Shown: positions 12,766-25,845 of the stretch, in pieces
How the letters are laid out: the number at the start of each line of letters is the position of its first letter
Position numbering within the stretch: the first letter of the stretch is position 1
NCBI GenBank assembly: GCA_036630325.1
Contig: CP142728.1
Coordinates: 62,001-126,000 of the forward strand
Reading direction: 5' to 3'
Length of the DNA stretch: 64,000 nt
From: Vairimorpha necatrix
Lineage: Eukaryota
Program-made: the position numbers and the translations under genes
Notes under the pieces: generated by a model
Seen by the model: the letters and a program-made list of their open reading frames with translations, nothing else
Database searches by the model: none
What the model was told of the DNA's origin: nothing

Positions 12766-13440
12766 ATGTTATTGAGAATAATTACGTTTTTTCTTTTTGT
12801 ATATGGCGATTTATATTTACTATTCGATTATAAAGAAGATGACACTTGTGATTGTTACATAAGTCTTTCTAATAACGTAGAAATTGATGATAATTACAAA
12901 GTATTTTTGTCTCAATATAAAAATTGGTTAAAAGAGGAAGTAAGAGATTCATGTAGAGCTAATATTCTTATAAAAAAGGTTTATAAAGAAGGACTCCTTT
13001 TGGAAAGGGTGGAAAAAAAAGATTATGATCAAATCAGAAAATTAGCAGGAAATATTACCAATGAGAAAAAACGTGAAATATTTTTAAACAATGGAAATTT
13101 CCGAAAGTGTGGTTTCAACAAATTCGAATACGCAAAATTTTTTTTTGAAATAGTTTTTTATGAACCGAAAAAACATACAATTACATGGGAACATAGTGCA
13201 TCATATGATTATGATCCGAAAGATGTTTTTAGTAAACTCATACTTTATAGAACTAGAAGTTTAACTATAAATGCTGGATTTTTAGAAAAATTTGTTAAAG
13301 ATTTAAACTCCTCTATTTGCTCTGATACCAATAAATCGAACAGTATAACTGAAAAAAAGAACGAAGAAAAAAACCTTGAGAGCTTAGATAACACGAAAAT
13401 TTTTGATGTTTTTAATAAGAAAAGTATTAAAAAAAATTAA
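12766..13440 (+). CDS. Family A member 2 (C-terminally truncated, no TM anchor; secreted form or young pseudogene)
   Basis: CCCCAATG start at 12766 (track ORF starts 12718); signal-like MLLRIITFFLFVYG; YKEDDTCDCYIS motif; ends at an A-run. Confidence 0.75.
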   Translation: MLLRIITFFLFVYGDLYLLFDYKEDDTCDCYISLSNNVEIDDNYKVFLSQYKNWLKEEVRDSCRANILIKKVYKEGLLLERVEKKDYDQIRKLAGNITNEKKREIFLNNGNFRKCGFNKFEYAKFFFEIVFYEPKKHTITWEHSASYDYDPKDVFSKLILYRTRSLTINAGFLEKFVKDLNSSICSDTNKSNSITEKKNEEKNLESLDNTKIFDVFNKKSIKKN

Positions 13441-15329
13441 GAGAAACTGACAAAGCTGCCGTATAAATTTTTTTTTAGTTTTACGTTTTTTTATCAATTT
13501 AAATTTAATTTTGTTTATTTTAATTTTTTAAGAGTCATAGAAGAGTTTTTTCTGCTTTTGACAAAATTGAGAGCCATGGTATGACGTTTTCTGAAATCAC
13601 ATGCGTCATAAATAATTTTTACATGAGAAAGATTTTTTTTATAAACATTCGATATTGTGTTGACCAATGATTTTACAAGATAGCAGGGTGTGTAAAATCA
13701 ACCCCCCCCCCTGAATTATATACACTGTCCTCTTTATCAGTGAAGATTTAGCATTATCTGAGAATTTTGAGTATAGGTATGAGAAGTAGGATACTTTATT
13801 GGAAGAAAGGGCTAAAGTTGTTTAGCATGCACTCGACAGAAAACTTTAAAAAGGAGAATCGTGGATTAAAAATTGCAGCAAAATTTATTGAACTTTCGAA
13901 AAAACAAACAATTCAAACCAACTACAAAATTAAAAATTTCAAATTCAACTCTTGAGATGATTAATCAAATATTAATATTTTTTAATCGTTCAAAATTCAT
14001 ATTGGTGTAACTCTAGTTATCAATAATTGATCTTTGCAGATATCAAACTGTTTCTTCACAAGCTGGTCCACTTAAATATGGTTATCACAAAAAGTGTTTC
14101 AAATTTGAAATCAAAGACAGAGTTGTGTAAGAAAAATGCAATTCCGTTCAGACTCATCTACACTTTCCAACAATTTTAATTTTAAAAATTTATAGGACTA
14201 TTATTTCATTAAAAATTATAAGTACTATAATTTTTACTTATTTTTGATATTAAATGCAAATTATATATCTCTATATTTAAAATTATCTATAAAAACCATA
14301 ATAACTATTTTTTTGTAAGTCAGACCAACATGACTTAATAATATGTTTTTTTGTACCAAGTAAAGTAAGATGAAATTAGTGTATATAAGTATTAGATTAA
14401 AAATTTGTAAAAAAAATTGATTACATTACAACTTGTATCGAGTATTGAGGTATTATCCGGGAGTTGGCCGTTCCTCAGATAGCATTCTATGATGCTTCTC
14501 TTGGGTATCAAAGTTTGGTTGTAATTAAAGTAGTTTTATTTAATTTGCCTCCTTGGGCATCATCTTCCCTCTTCTGAGGATGCATTGATTGATACTGCTG
14601 TTCTCTAGACTCCTCTGTTCTTCTCGACATGTTTTTTTTTGTGGGGTAAAAATAAAAAGAAAATATTTATAGGAAAAATAAATTCTAGAAAATTCATTTG
14701 GAGGGAAAATTTAATAATGTGGTAAATAATACCACAAGTATATACGCTATATGTTTATTTTACTTCGTTTTTTTATGATTGAAATATAAACAACTTGAAT
14801 AAATATCAATAAATTAAAAAGAAGAAATTATATGACAAATATTGATACAAATGTAGATAAAAAACAAAATTTTATTAAGTATTGTTCTTAAGTTTTATTT
14901 AAAATTTATAACGAGTTATCAATACCTTCTTTATTATTCAAAAATTCTTAGAATTCTCCAAATTTTATTTTTTGGTTAAATTAATCTTCACTAAAGATAC
15001 AACTTTATTTATTAAATTTTATTTTTAACTTCAATTCAATTATATAATTTACTTTAATTGATATATAAAAGCAGATTTTCTGTTTTTAGGAAACATATAA
15101 GCATCATATTAAATTTTGATGTTTTAATAGGATACTTTTATAGTTCAATTTGGTTTGAATTGCCTTTTTGATCTAATTTTTTTTGAATGTATGTTTTAAT
15201 TTTTGAACAGATTTGTTCTGTAAAACATAAAGTAGGTATGTATTCAGTTCATACACGCATCGGGAAAATGAATTTACATTTTTTATTAAAAAATAGGAAA
15301 AATAAAAAAAGACACATAACAATTTAATT

Positions 15330-15950
15330 GAATAATATATGAAGATAGTTTATATGTTCATTATTCGGTATTTGATAAGCCCAGAGCAACTGTAAAATGT
15401 AGTCATAGTGTTCGTCTTGGTGTATTCATGTCAAGACAGAATATCTATCTCTCTTGAAAATGACCAAAATACCACAATTTGTTTGGTATTGTGTCTCGGG
15501 ATCATGAGAGTATACAAAATTGGCGGAGTTATTCAAATACTGTGCTTCATCCTTGTGATTTGACTAATGTGGCATCATATGCTCTTTTTGATAAGTGATA
15601 CAATGGAACTAGGTAATAAATTTTGTTGTATTGCCTCAAGGTGAATAGCCGCATTTCTACTAGCCAGGAAGCAAGGCACGCGTTTTTCTGTCTATTAACT
15701 CGTTGAAATTATTTAAATTTATTTGGTTTTTAATAATAAAACTTACCTTTTTAACAAATTTTGTTCTTATCAATTTTGTCATTTTTTAAAAAACTGGTCC
15801 TTTCATATTTTCAATTCGGGGTTCAAACGGCCATGCATTCGAAAATAAATTGTATTGTCGGAGCTTACAAACATTTTATCTTGTAAACACTTGAAAATAT
15901 GATCATGGCAACAAAAAATTGCAGAATTTACCGGGTATCACAACCCCATA
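15330..15950 (-). mobile_element. Highly degenerate Merlin/IS1595-like transposase relic
   Basis: Minus-strand fragments LVASRNAAIHLEAIQQNLLPSSIV...RAYDATL...NSANFVYSHDPET resemble the ISXO2/Merlin V-x-DR...ILPGSII...NHSxNFVxP motifs; many frameshifts. Confidence 0.5.
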
Positions 15951-16343
15951 TATTATTTTATTATACAAAGTATTAAATATCTTTATACAACTAGATATAA
16001 AATGATATTTGTAAATATCATATCAATTTGATTTTATGTTTATAATTAGAGTGTAAAACTAACGAAGCTTCGACAGAATATTGTAGATGTATCAACTACA
16101 TAAGAAAATTGCAAATTCTCAAGATTAAAAACAATTGTGCATTCAATCAAATCGCAACATAACCTTTATGTATTTGTTTTGAAAAATCACTTAAATTAAT
16201 AAAGTTTCATTATTATTTTATTATTGCTTTCATATAAGATTAAATGTTTAATGCATTATTTTTAATATACAATTATTCTACTCTTTACCTTATGATGTGT
16301 AATTTAGTTAAAGATACTATAGAAATACTATGAATTGATTTTA

Positions 16344-16530
16344 CAGTCCATTTCATTTTTATAGACACCTTGTTTCATAATTATAGACACCTTGTACCAT
16401 TTTTATAGACACCTTGTTTCATAATTATAGACACCTTGTACCATTTTTATAGACACCTTGTTTCATTTTTATAGAACCCTCATTTCATTATTATAGACAC
16501 CTTGTTTCATTTTTATAGACACCTTGTTAT
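16344..16530. repeat. Left TIR of the Tc1 element, built from 8 tandem 22-bp units
   Basis: Unit consensus TATAGACACCTTGTTTCATTTT. Confidence 0.92.
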
Positions 16531-16689
16531 AAAATTCATTTTTATTTTTTTCATAATTTATTTATATAGTTGAATCGTAAAGAAAAGATAACGATATAGA
16601 TATAAACATCATTATTTACATGGCAAACTATGAAAACATCTTAGAAGTTTTTAATTAAAATTTTTAATATTAATTCAGAAAAAAAATCG

Positions 16690-17734
16690 CTAAATTCTCC
16701 ATATGAGAAAAGTAACCATCCATGACGAATACTTCTGTGTTCAACACGTCCTCAATACAATCAATTAACAAAGGAGTGGTTGTTGGTCTAGGTCTCTGTT
16801 TTACTCGGGACTTGAAACTGTTTTAAAACTCCTCGATAGGGTTTAGTTGTAGAGAATATGGAGGGAGAAGTTTTAGACTGTATCCTTTGTTTCTAAATGC
16901 AGCAGCTACTTCGGATGTTCTGTGTATAGATGTGTTATCCAATATTATAAATCTGTTTTCCTCTTGCTCACAAATAGGTAAATTATTGTCATTGAATTGG
17001 CAAAATCTGTAGATTTAAAATTCCGACTTTAGTTTTATGCGCATATAATTCAATAACGCTTATAGCACACATTAAAGAAACATTAGTCCCTTTCGAATTC
17101 AGGACCGTTACACAACACTTAGTATTTCTTAATGAATAACCAAAAGTATTGTTAAGGTGCAGATTTAAACCAGTTTCATCGAGAAATATTAAATTATAAT
17201 TCGATATGATATCTATTACTCTCGCATATTGACACCTTAACAGCTTGTTCTGAGGACTGTTTCTACATAGTGGATGCAAAGTCAGGGTTTAGAACTATAC
17301 CCTATTTTTTTAACAAGTCTGCAAACAGTTGACTTAGAGTAATGTCCCGTGGAATTTAAATTTTGCAATTTATCGGATAAATTATATAGACCCAGACAAG
17401 GATTACGGGCCATTTCCGTTGCAATAATATTTGAAACCATAGAAATATCTTTCAAAGATTCACTCTTTTTTTGTTCTGCCGTTTTAAAAGTTTTAAGGTT
17501 GGTAAATTCTCCTGTAAAATATCTTTTATATAGGCGTTTGACGCTAGACTAACTGAGATTTAAAGCAACTTCTATATCAATAAGTTTCATACCAGGTCGA
17601 GTAACGAAGGAAAATTTTCGATTATCGACCTGGTAATCAACTTCCTGGTTTTTCTTGGGGTAGAAAACTGCGTTTCATCTTCTATCTCAGCAAATGATCT
17701 TTTTTACGATATTCCTTAAGTTTATCTCTGACAT
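16690..17734 (-). pseudogene. Tc1 transposase pseudogene
   Basis: ATG at 17734; DDE motifs lie in different frames; in-frame TAA just after NPIEEF; the 16989-17279 ORF is one piece; 3' boundary approximate. Confidence 0.85.
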
Positions 17735-17790
17735 TTAGGTTTCTCATATTTAAAGGTTTAAAAATTTTAAAGAAAGTAAAATAAATTTTA

Positions 17791-18064
17791 GAACAAGGTG
17801 TCTATAAAAATGAAACAATGTGTCTATAATAATGAAATGAGGGTTCTATAAAAATGAAACAAGGTGTCTATAAAAATGGTACAAGGAGTCTATAAAAATG
17901 AAACAATGTGTCTATAATAATGAAATGAGGGTTCTATAAAAATGAAACAAGGTGTCTATAAAAATGGTACAAGGTGTCTATAATTATGAAACAAGGTGTC
18001 TATAAAAATGGTACAAGGTGTCTATAATTATGAAACAAGGTGTCTATAAAAATGAAATGGACTG
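17791..18064. repeat. Right TIR of the Tc1 element, 12 tandem 22-bp units
   Basis: Reverse complement of the left array plus an extra 88-bp (4-unit) duplication. Confidence 0.92.
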
Positions 18065-21000
18065 TATTTATAGATTGTAAAGATGAAGTGTTTGTATATT
18101 GTTAATTGGTACTACAATCGAAGCTGGTAAAATGTCTGACTTCCAAATTTTTCTTTCTCAAAGAAAGTTTATCACACACAAAAAAAACATGTGATATGCT
18201 GTTGTATTGTCATTGATATTATTTTATATAATGATCAACTTATGGTTTCAGTGGACATGAAACGAATATAAAAAATCAAAAGGCAAGCTTGTGAAATTTA
18301 AGATGAAGACGTTAGGAAATAATTTCTATCAATGTAAAATGTTGCAAAGCGGGGTTTAATTTATTAGTGTACAGTAATTTTTTTTGACATATTCGCTTGT
18401 AAAAAACAAGAAAACTCTTAATTGGGCACACACATGTATGTATATATTCAAGAAAAAGCATTCAAAGTAATTACATAAATCAAATTATAAATATCTGTAA
18501 AAACCTTTTGATTCCTTAGAAAAAAATGTTTGGAACTTCTTAATCGTTCAAATATTGATTTTAAAATAAATATTGAACACAAGAAACCAGATAAATTAAA
18601 CAAACAGAATTTATCAAAGACAACATAAATTTACCCGTAAATATGTTAGAAAAAATCGCGAGCTTCGACAGAAGCTATTTGATATATATAATACGGATTA
18701 AACTAAAAATTAAAATAGACCATAAGCCTCATAATGCAGATAAACACTATTAAAATACGAATAAAAAACTGTGTATATTATAAGAAAACAGATTTAAAGA
18801 ATAGATGCCTTAGCTGGGCATGATCACAATACTATCAAAAAAAAATTACATACAAATGTCAAATTTAGATTAGTCTTAAACTAAATAGTTATGATGACTG
18901 TAATTTGTGAAGTAAAGATAACAACGAAAAAGACAAATTCAAAAATTAAATCAAGTATATTTATGAATCTCTATCGAATTAAAATTCTGAATAACATGGT
19001 GACAATAATTTTTCGTTTTGATCTTATTTACGCTTTCAAAATAAAGTTATTATTTTTAAAGGTGGGACAATATTATTATTTCGAAAATATAATATTTTAC
19101 ATATTAATTTGTTATATTTAGTTAATTACATATAATTTTACAGAAATAACCGTTAACTAAATATAATTTCTATCTTGTTACGTTAAAATTAAAATAAAAA
19201 GTAATTAAATAAATATTGATATATCAAATTGTACTAATTTTATTCATAAATAAAAAAATTTATCAGATGATTATATTAATTCGTAATAAAATTGTGAAAC
19301 CAATGTTTAGGGAAGGAAAAAGCAATATGCTATAAATAAAAAATCTTGGCTTTAACTAATTTTTCTTAAAAAGAAACTAACAGCAGGCAGAACCTTTTAT
19401 GTTTTCTTAATCATATAATTTGCAGCACAACGACAATATCAAAGGTATTTATACAAACTTAATTCAATTATATACATAAGATATTTTAAAATTTAAAAAA
19501 CCATTATTTTTAACAATGCTTCATGTTATAAACTTAGACCATTACATCGTATCGTCAAATAAAGTAGTAAAAAATATATAGGGAGAACTTGTCTTGCAGT
19601 TATTATATACTGTAGTATTTGAAAATATGCAGAAAGTAATAAAATTTTAAGTATACTGATATAAATCACTAAAATTCAAGTTTGAAGGCCAACAAACTTT
19701 GATACTGGCAGTTGTCTCCAAAATTTATGTAAAACAATCTTGTGAACTTTTGTGTTTGAATTGATGTAGCTTGTATTTGAATTTCTTTTTTTGTCATTGT
19801 TAATTTCAGAAACTACTTCTAAGCGTGTCTTTAAAGTTGATGATCGCTAGAAGTTATTGATTTTTTAAAATAAATAATATTCTTTCTAAAATGTATTTTC
19901 TGTTTTATATTGTTTTAGTTTGTAAATTAATACAATATTGTATGACTTATATATTCAAATTTAATACTAAATCAAAAATTATAATATTTGATGCAATACA
20001 TAAGTAAATGCTTCGCTCATTATGTAATAAGATTTTTATGATATAATATGTTCAATGTTGTTTTTACGCTAAAATTATGGAATTTATATATAGAATAAAT
20101 GTAAAAGCCAATGTATTTAAGTTTATGATTTATTCATTGAAAATTATATGACATATATACAAATGAGCACTTGATCTATATAATATCATAAACAAAAAGT
20201 TATTCTGTTAGAATTTGTTTTTTCTATGCTTTTCTGTAAATAATGTCAATATACTCGTAGTGATTAAAAACCAGAAAAATGTTTGAAAATAAACAAGAAT
20301 AATAATTTCGCTCCAACATGCTTTTATTCAACAACCATAATATACAAGTGTTACATTTCATTTAGATTAAAAAAGACGATGAAAGAGGTATAGAATAAAA
20401 TCTCGAAAAAAAATAAAAAGGTAAAATCTTTCAGTTTAAAGATTATATTTTGTAGATATGTCGTATCGATTTTTAAATCTATCCTCTTAGTCATCTTTTA
20501 TAAGCAATTTATAATTAACAAGAAGTACACGTATTAATATGTGCGTTTTAAAGAACCGTGTGTATTATATTTAGCTCAAAATATTAATTTATTTCATTTT
20601 CTAGAAAAACAAATTATACTTTTATTAGAATATATAAATTTTTTGTTGGTATTAAAACTTATTTTATTGTACTTGTCATCTCAAATGCACGTATATTACA
20701 TAGAAAGTAAATCCTTGATTCTTTAATAGAAAAGTTAATAATATTAACTAGAATAAAGTCAAATAGCTTCGACACTAAAATTAAAATCATATTCAAAGAT
20801 CAAAATTGTTTTTGAACGATGAAAAAGGTTTTTTTTTGTATTTTTATGCTTAACGTAGAATAGTGCATTTATTTATAGTTTATATGTAATCAGAATTAAT
20901 ATTTGACGTATAAATTGATCAACTGAGAGTTAGAAAAATGTTAATTGTCTATGACTGATAATTTTCATTTTATAGCATAATTATTACTTAACACAATATT

Positions 21001-21201
21001 TGATATGTAAGTTGGCTTTCAAATACACTAACATTCCTAACATATTAAAAAATCTAAAGAAATTCTCATTTATTAGTAACATTTATTGAATTAAATATAC
21101 TATAAATATGGTTTTTTATGACAAAAATCATAAATTTGAAAACACGTCAAAGTCGTGTATATTATAATTTATCATATAAAAAACGAATTCCCTGGACCCT
21201 T

Positions 21202-22155
21202 ATGATTTGTAAAATATTTTTATGTTTTCTTTTTGCTTGCAGTAAAGTAACCATCTTTGTAAATCACAAAGAAAATAATGTTTGTGATGGATACGTTGGA
21301 TTTTCAAAGGAAATTGATGACTACGATGAAGTCAAAATTTTTCTCTCCAACGAGATTAATATTCTATTTAAAAAAATTGACAATAAACAATACATTGCAG
21401 ATATTGTAACACTAGTAAACGAATCAAGTTTGCCTCTGCTTCCCATAAACAGTGAAGAATATGAAGAACTTCGAAGTTTAGGTTCAAACATACAAGACAG
21501 CGAACTGCGTGATCATTTTAATGATAGTGTAAAGTATTTTAAATGTAGTTTTAATTGTAATGATTACAGACACTGCGTTTTAGAATACATTTTATATAAA
21601 GAAGAAACCAATACTGTTTCGTGGGCACACAGCATAATATTGTATCTTGAAGAGGATTTTATTTATGGAAATGCGTACTGGCAAAGAAAATGTGATTTAA
21701 AAATCAATGTATCAAGGTTGGATACAATTATTGGATATTTAAACAATAAATGCCAATTAGAAAGTCCTAACATTTTAAGTGAAATAAGGAATGAAAGAAT
21801 GAGGGGAAAAATATTGTCACGTAATAGGTTAAAAAAATCTTCAGCTAACGGATCCTGGGAAAATATGACACCAGTTTTGGGTACCGATCCTAGTAATGAA
21901 AATCGCCAAAATATATTAGAACGTGAAATTAATGATCATGATAATAATATAACAGTTTTAAAAAAATCAAATATTAATACTAAAACTGAAGATGATGATG
22001 AAAATGATCCTTACGCAAAATATATAGTACATTGTGGCTTGAATAACAAAACTTCTTATAAACGGCCTATAAACTCGTTGAAATATTATGATTACGCTAT
22101 CTTTTTTATACCAGCTGCTATATCATTGGGTATTTTTTTTTATAATAATAAATAA
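21202..22155 (+). CDS. Family A member 3, type I membrane/surface protein
   Basis: CCCTTATG start at 21202 (track ORF starts 21118); signal-like MICKIFLCFLFACS; HKENNVCDGY motif; YKEETNTVSWAHS; C-terminal TM YAIFFIPAAISLGIFFY. Confidence 0.85.
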   Translation: MICKIFLCFLFACSKVTIFVNHKENNVCDGYVGFSKEIDDYDEVKIFLSNEINILFKKIDNKQYIADIVTLVNESSLPLLPINSEEYEELRSLGSNIQDSELRDHFNDSVKYFKCSFNCNDYRHCVLEYILYKEETNTVSWAHSIILYLEEDFIYGNAYWQRKCDLKINVSRLDTIIGYLNNKCQLESPNILSEIRNERMRGKILSRNRLKKSSANGSWENMTPVLGTDPSNENRQNILEREINDHDNNITVLKKSNINTKTEDDDENDPYAKYIVHCGLNNKTSYKRPINSLKYYDYAIFFIPAAISLGIFFYNNK

Positions 22156-23989
22156 TATAAAGTCTTATGTTTGCTTTTACAAAAATGTAATTTTTTTATT
22201 TTTGTAATAAATGTGATCTCCATATAACTTCGCTGATTTGTAGTTTTTTTACGACGTATAGACATGAAAAATGTATTTTTAGATAAAAAAGATAAAACAC
22301 ATTTGTAATTATTTTTGTATAGAGATATATTTTGATTAAGTAATTACAAGTAAGATTTTGATAGGGTCTTGCAGTTTGATTTAGAAAAATGTTTGCTTCA
22401 CTGTTATGCCTTCACAGATTTTTTTTCTTTGATAGTCTCAAAACCTATATAAATAGGTACATTCTGTATTCTTTAATAATTTTGCATTTATTACTTGTGT
22501 TTTTTCATATACTTTTATATTTTGGAATGTGCAAACAAATGAGATTATCTAATTCTTAGTATAAAGATATTTTTGTTTATATTTAAATTTTTACATTGTA
22601 TTTAATCAGCTATGATTTGTTTCATCATTTCCAACGTCATAACATATAAAAATACAATTTTTCGAAAAATTGTACTGTTACAATAAATTTCTCACCAAAA
22701 TAATTATTTTTTGCCGTTGGCGTCATTCTAATTAATAATTAAAGATTATATTGCCTTATTTTTGTATTGTTTATTATTTTCGATATTTATTTTGTTGTCG
22801 ACATCTAATTTCATCTATAAAAGCATCCCATCTATGCGCTTACTACAATGGTTTTGTTCTAATACACTATCATATATGCACATGACATATTCTGAAATCA
22901 TATACTTTTGTTTATGGTTCATTATTATAAAAATAATATTATAATGGACTGATGAACAGAAACGTTTTTATTGATAAAACATAATTTAAACATAAAACTA
23001 GCATCAACGATAAACATGCAATGAATTTTTTTGTCAAAATAATAACTTTAAATAAATGGGGAAAAAATAAATTTATTATACATTATACGTCGGAAATGAA
23101 GTTTAGTATGAAAGAACACATTATATACATGTTTTATTATAGTTTTTAAAAAAAATGTGAATGTCTTCCACGTGAAATAAAAACTAAATGGTCCTTTCTT
23201 GTAAAGGTAAAGGTCCTTTCCTTACGTTTGGAATGCATAACAGATAGTCGTTCATACCAAAATTCGCAATATTGTACTAAATTAGAACTAATTTAAATTA
23301 CTTTATTATCAACAAGTTCTTGAACATTTTTTATTACTTTGGCTTCAGTATAATTTTTATCTTTTTCATCTTTCTTAAGTTCAGAAAAATATGCGAGAAA
23401 TTCAAAATCTGTTTATTGTTTTTGGTAAAAAGGAGACAACAGTATCGAATTCAAATTTTTATAGCAGTGAATCGTTTCATGTACGCCTCCTAGTTTTTTA
23501 CATTACCGAAATTCTCTTTATCGACTGAGTTATACAAGTCTACCATATAAATAATATTATTTTGTAAAAATCTTGTTAATTAGACCAGTAAGATCTCTAT
23601 ATAGCTATATATATTTTCTTTATATGTGTCGACAAAAGTGACGTATGCGTGCTGGTAAAAATGTTCCAGCACGCTTATAGAATTAATGTTAGTTTTTTTA
23701 AATGTTTTATGTTAGTCGTTTTTGTTTGTAATTGGTTCGCTGTAAAGTGTTCGTTTGAGTTTCTTTTCATAGATTCGTATCTACGACATAATTTTGCTAT
23801 TTATAGTTGTAATTCACGAACTACTTTATATGTTTCATAATGGACCATTGGCCTTTTCTAAATATTGGCGTGCTTTGAAACTGTTTGACATTTCCTTATT
23901 GAATGTTCACTCTGAAAACCTGTGGTTATACCACAAAAAACTATTACATTATATTTTACCCCACCGTCTATAATTGATTTATTAAGCTA

Positions 23990-24615
23990 TATTGACAATA
24001 TGACCACAAAATGAGATCAAATGCTATCGCATTATTACATGATATGGCGCAATGAGGCATTGCGATGCATACACCTGCAGTTATAGAAGACGTATGGTGT
24101 ATTACAACATAGATGAATTAAAATTCAGTCGGTCCAAAAATCTGTAGCTAATGAGTATACTGAGATACGAATTGAAAATAGGATACATTCATGTATTAAA
24201 ATAATGTATAACAAGGCCTATATACTAATTGTGGACAAGTTGAAGAAAGAAGAGATCGTTTTTGAAGTTGGAATCACAAGCTAACAACCTTCTTGCGGTA
24301 GAAAAAGAAAAGAAATATAAATACGAGTCGCTTGCAAACCTGTGGCTTCTATCTATAGTATCAGACAAAAAGTATTTTTTATATGATTACTTTTTATAGA
24401 ATAGTGCTAATTTTCACCGCGCGCATAAAAGGTTCTGTTATAACCCAAACTGAAGAATATATACAAACAAGAGTCTAAAAATGACAGCAAAAAGCTATCT
24501 ATGTCAGCTGGACATTATCTTGAACCTGATCAGGAAGGTGTATTTGAGAGTCCAATGCTTGGATTTCAGAAAGGGTTGCATGCGTATCATGTGAAAAGTA
24601 ATTGGTAAATAAAAT
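23990..24615 (+). mobile_element. Degenerate 3' part of an RLE-type non-LTR retrotransposon
   Basis: Fragments MLSHYYMIWRNEALRCIHL, SVQKSVANEYTEIRI, EVGITS, VEKEKKYKYESLAN correspond to the RHN...PD..EVG..EKxxKY endonuclease region; 3' end is homologous to 11400-11640. Confidence 0.8.
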
Positions 24616-25845
24616 ATTTATTATACCAATAAAGTGTTTTATAGCTGTATTAGCATAAACGATCTCCGAATATGCATGATGATTAGTCGAAGGAGTTGTT
24701 TTTAAACAGTTTTTTTTCAGTAACTATACGCAGTTTGGGATACATAGGCCTCCAATAAATATCGCTAAGGTTCTATTATGAAAAAAAATAGCATATTTAT
24801 AAAAAAAACTTTATCTTGTTTCTTGTTAAATCTATTTTTCATGTATCAAAATCTTGTTTGATCAAATGTATATTTTGTATATAAAAACTAATAGTGCCAC
24901 GTGTGAGATCTTTGAAAGAAAAATGGCTTTATAAGTACCTAATGTTTCTTAAGGTACGAAAATTTGAATAAAGTGTTCCATAAATAATATATAAAGGATA
25001 TTTTTGTATATCATTGGCTTTAATAATATAAATCCGCTTACATATGATTATGTTATAAATTATATTTTGATATAAACATGTGTATTTAACTAAAGCCAAA
25101 GTCTACAACTAAATGACGGTTTATCGAATACAGTATCAATCATACTAAAAAATAGATAAAACTTAGCCAATAGATTAAATTTATTGAACAACAGAGTTAC
25201 TTATTTTTAAGAACGTATTTATGATGATAAGTTGAATTATTTACAATTTAATTTAGTTTTAAATATCGAAATTAGTTTGATCCTCAATGTTTCATAAGTT
25301 ATTTTTTTGTTTACTTTCTACTATCTGTGAATTAACTTTATTAATACATCACAGAGAATCTAATCTTTGTGATTTATACATTGTATTTTCAACAGAAGAT
25401 GTTCAGTTTGATGAAATGAGATGTTTTCTTACTAATGATATGGATTTGCTGAGTAAAAAAATTGAATACAGACATCATCTTGAAGATATTATAATATTAG
25501 TTGCAAAATTCGAATTGCCTATGATCGATCTGAAAAAAGAAAATTATAGAAAATTACGAGAACTGAGTTCTGAAATTCAAAACATCGAAATCCGTAATAA
25601 TTTTATAAATAGTGTGACATATTATACATGTAGTATTGATTTACAGGAGTACAAAATTTGTGTATTTGAGTTCATTTTGTATAAAGAAGAAGACAAAACT
25701 GTCTCGTGGGCATACAGCCAAGAAATAATTTTAAACGAAATTATAAATTCTCGTAAAGTCCGCTGCGAGAGAAAATGTGATTTGAAAATTGAAGTATCGA
25801 ATTTAGATACAATTTTTGCATATTTATACAATAAATGTATATCGG

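Larger units (their letters stand above)
16344..18064 (-). mobile_element. Full-length Tc1 (DD34E) DNA transposon, 1721 bp, with TA target-site duplication and a disrupted transposase
   Basis: TA|CAGTCCATTTCATTTTTATAGACACC...GGTGTCTATAAAAATGAAATGGACTG|TA termini; transposase motifs IFLDETGLNL and ILDNTSIH-...-LPPYSLQLNPIE with 34 residues between D and E. Confidence 0.95.

Noticed and set aside
14460-14650. GC-richer minus-strand segment with a CCCC motif and a short ORF (MSRRTEESREQQ...)
   Set aside because: About 40 codons and unassignable; perhaps a TE 5' fragment
16344-18064. 22-bp repeat arrays as a CRISPR array
   Set aside because: Units are contiguous with no unique spacers and form inverted arms around a Tc1 transposase in a eukaryotic context
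22950-23980. Possible minus-strand Mutator transposase relic
   Set aside because: Only vague motif impressions; no TIR, TSD or clear catalytic motifs
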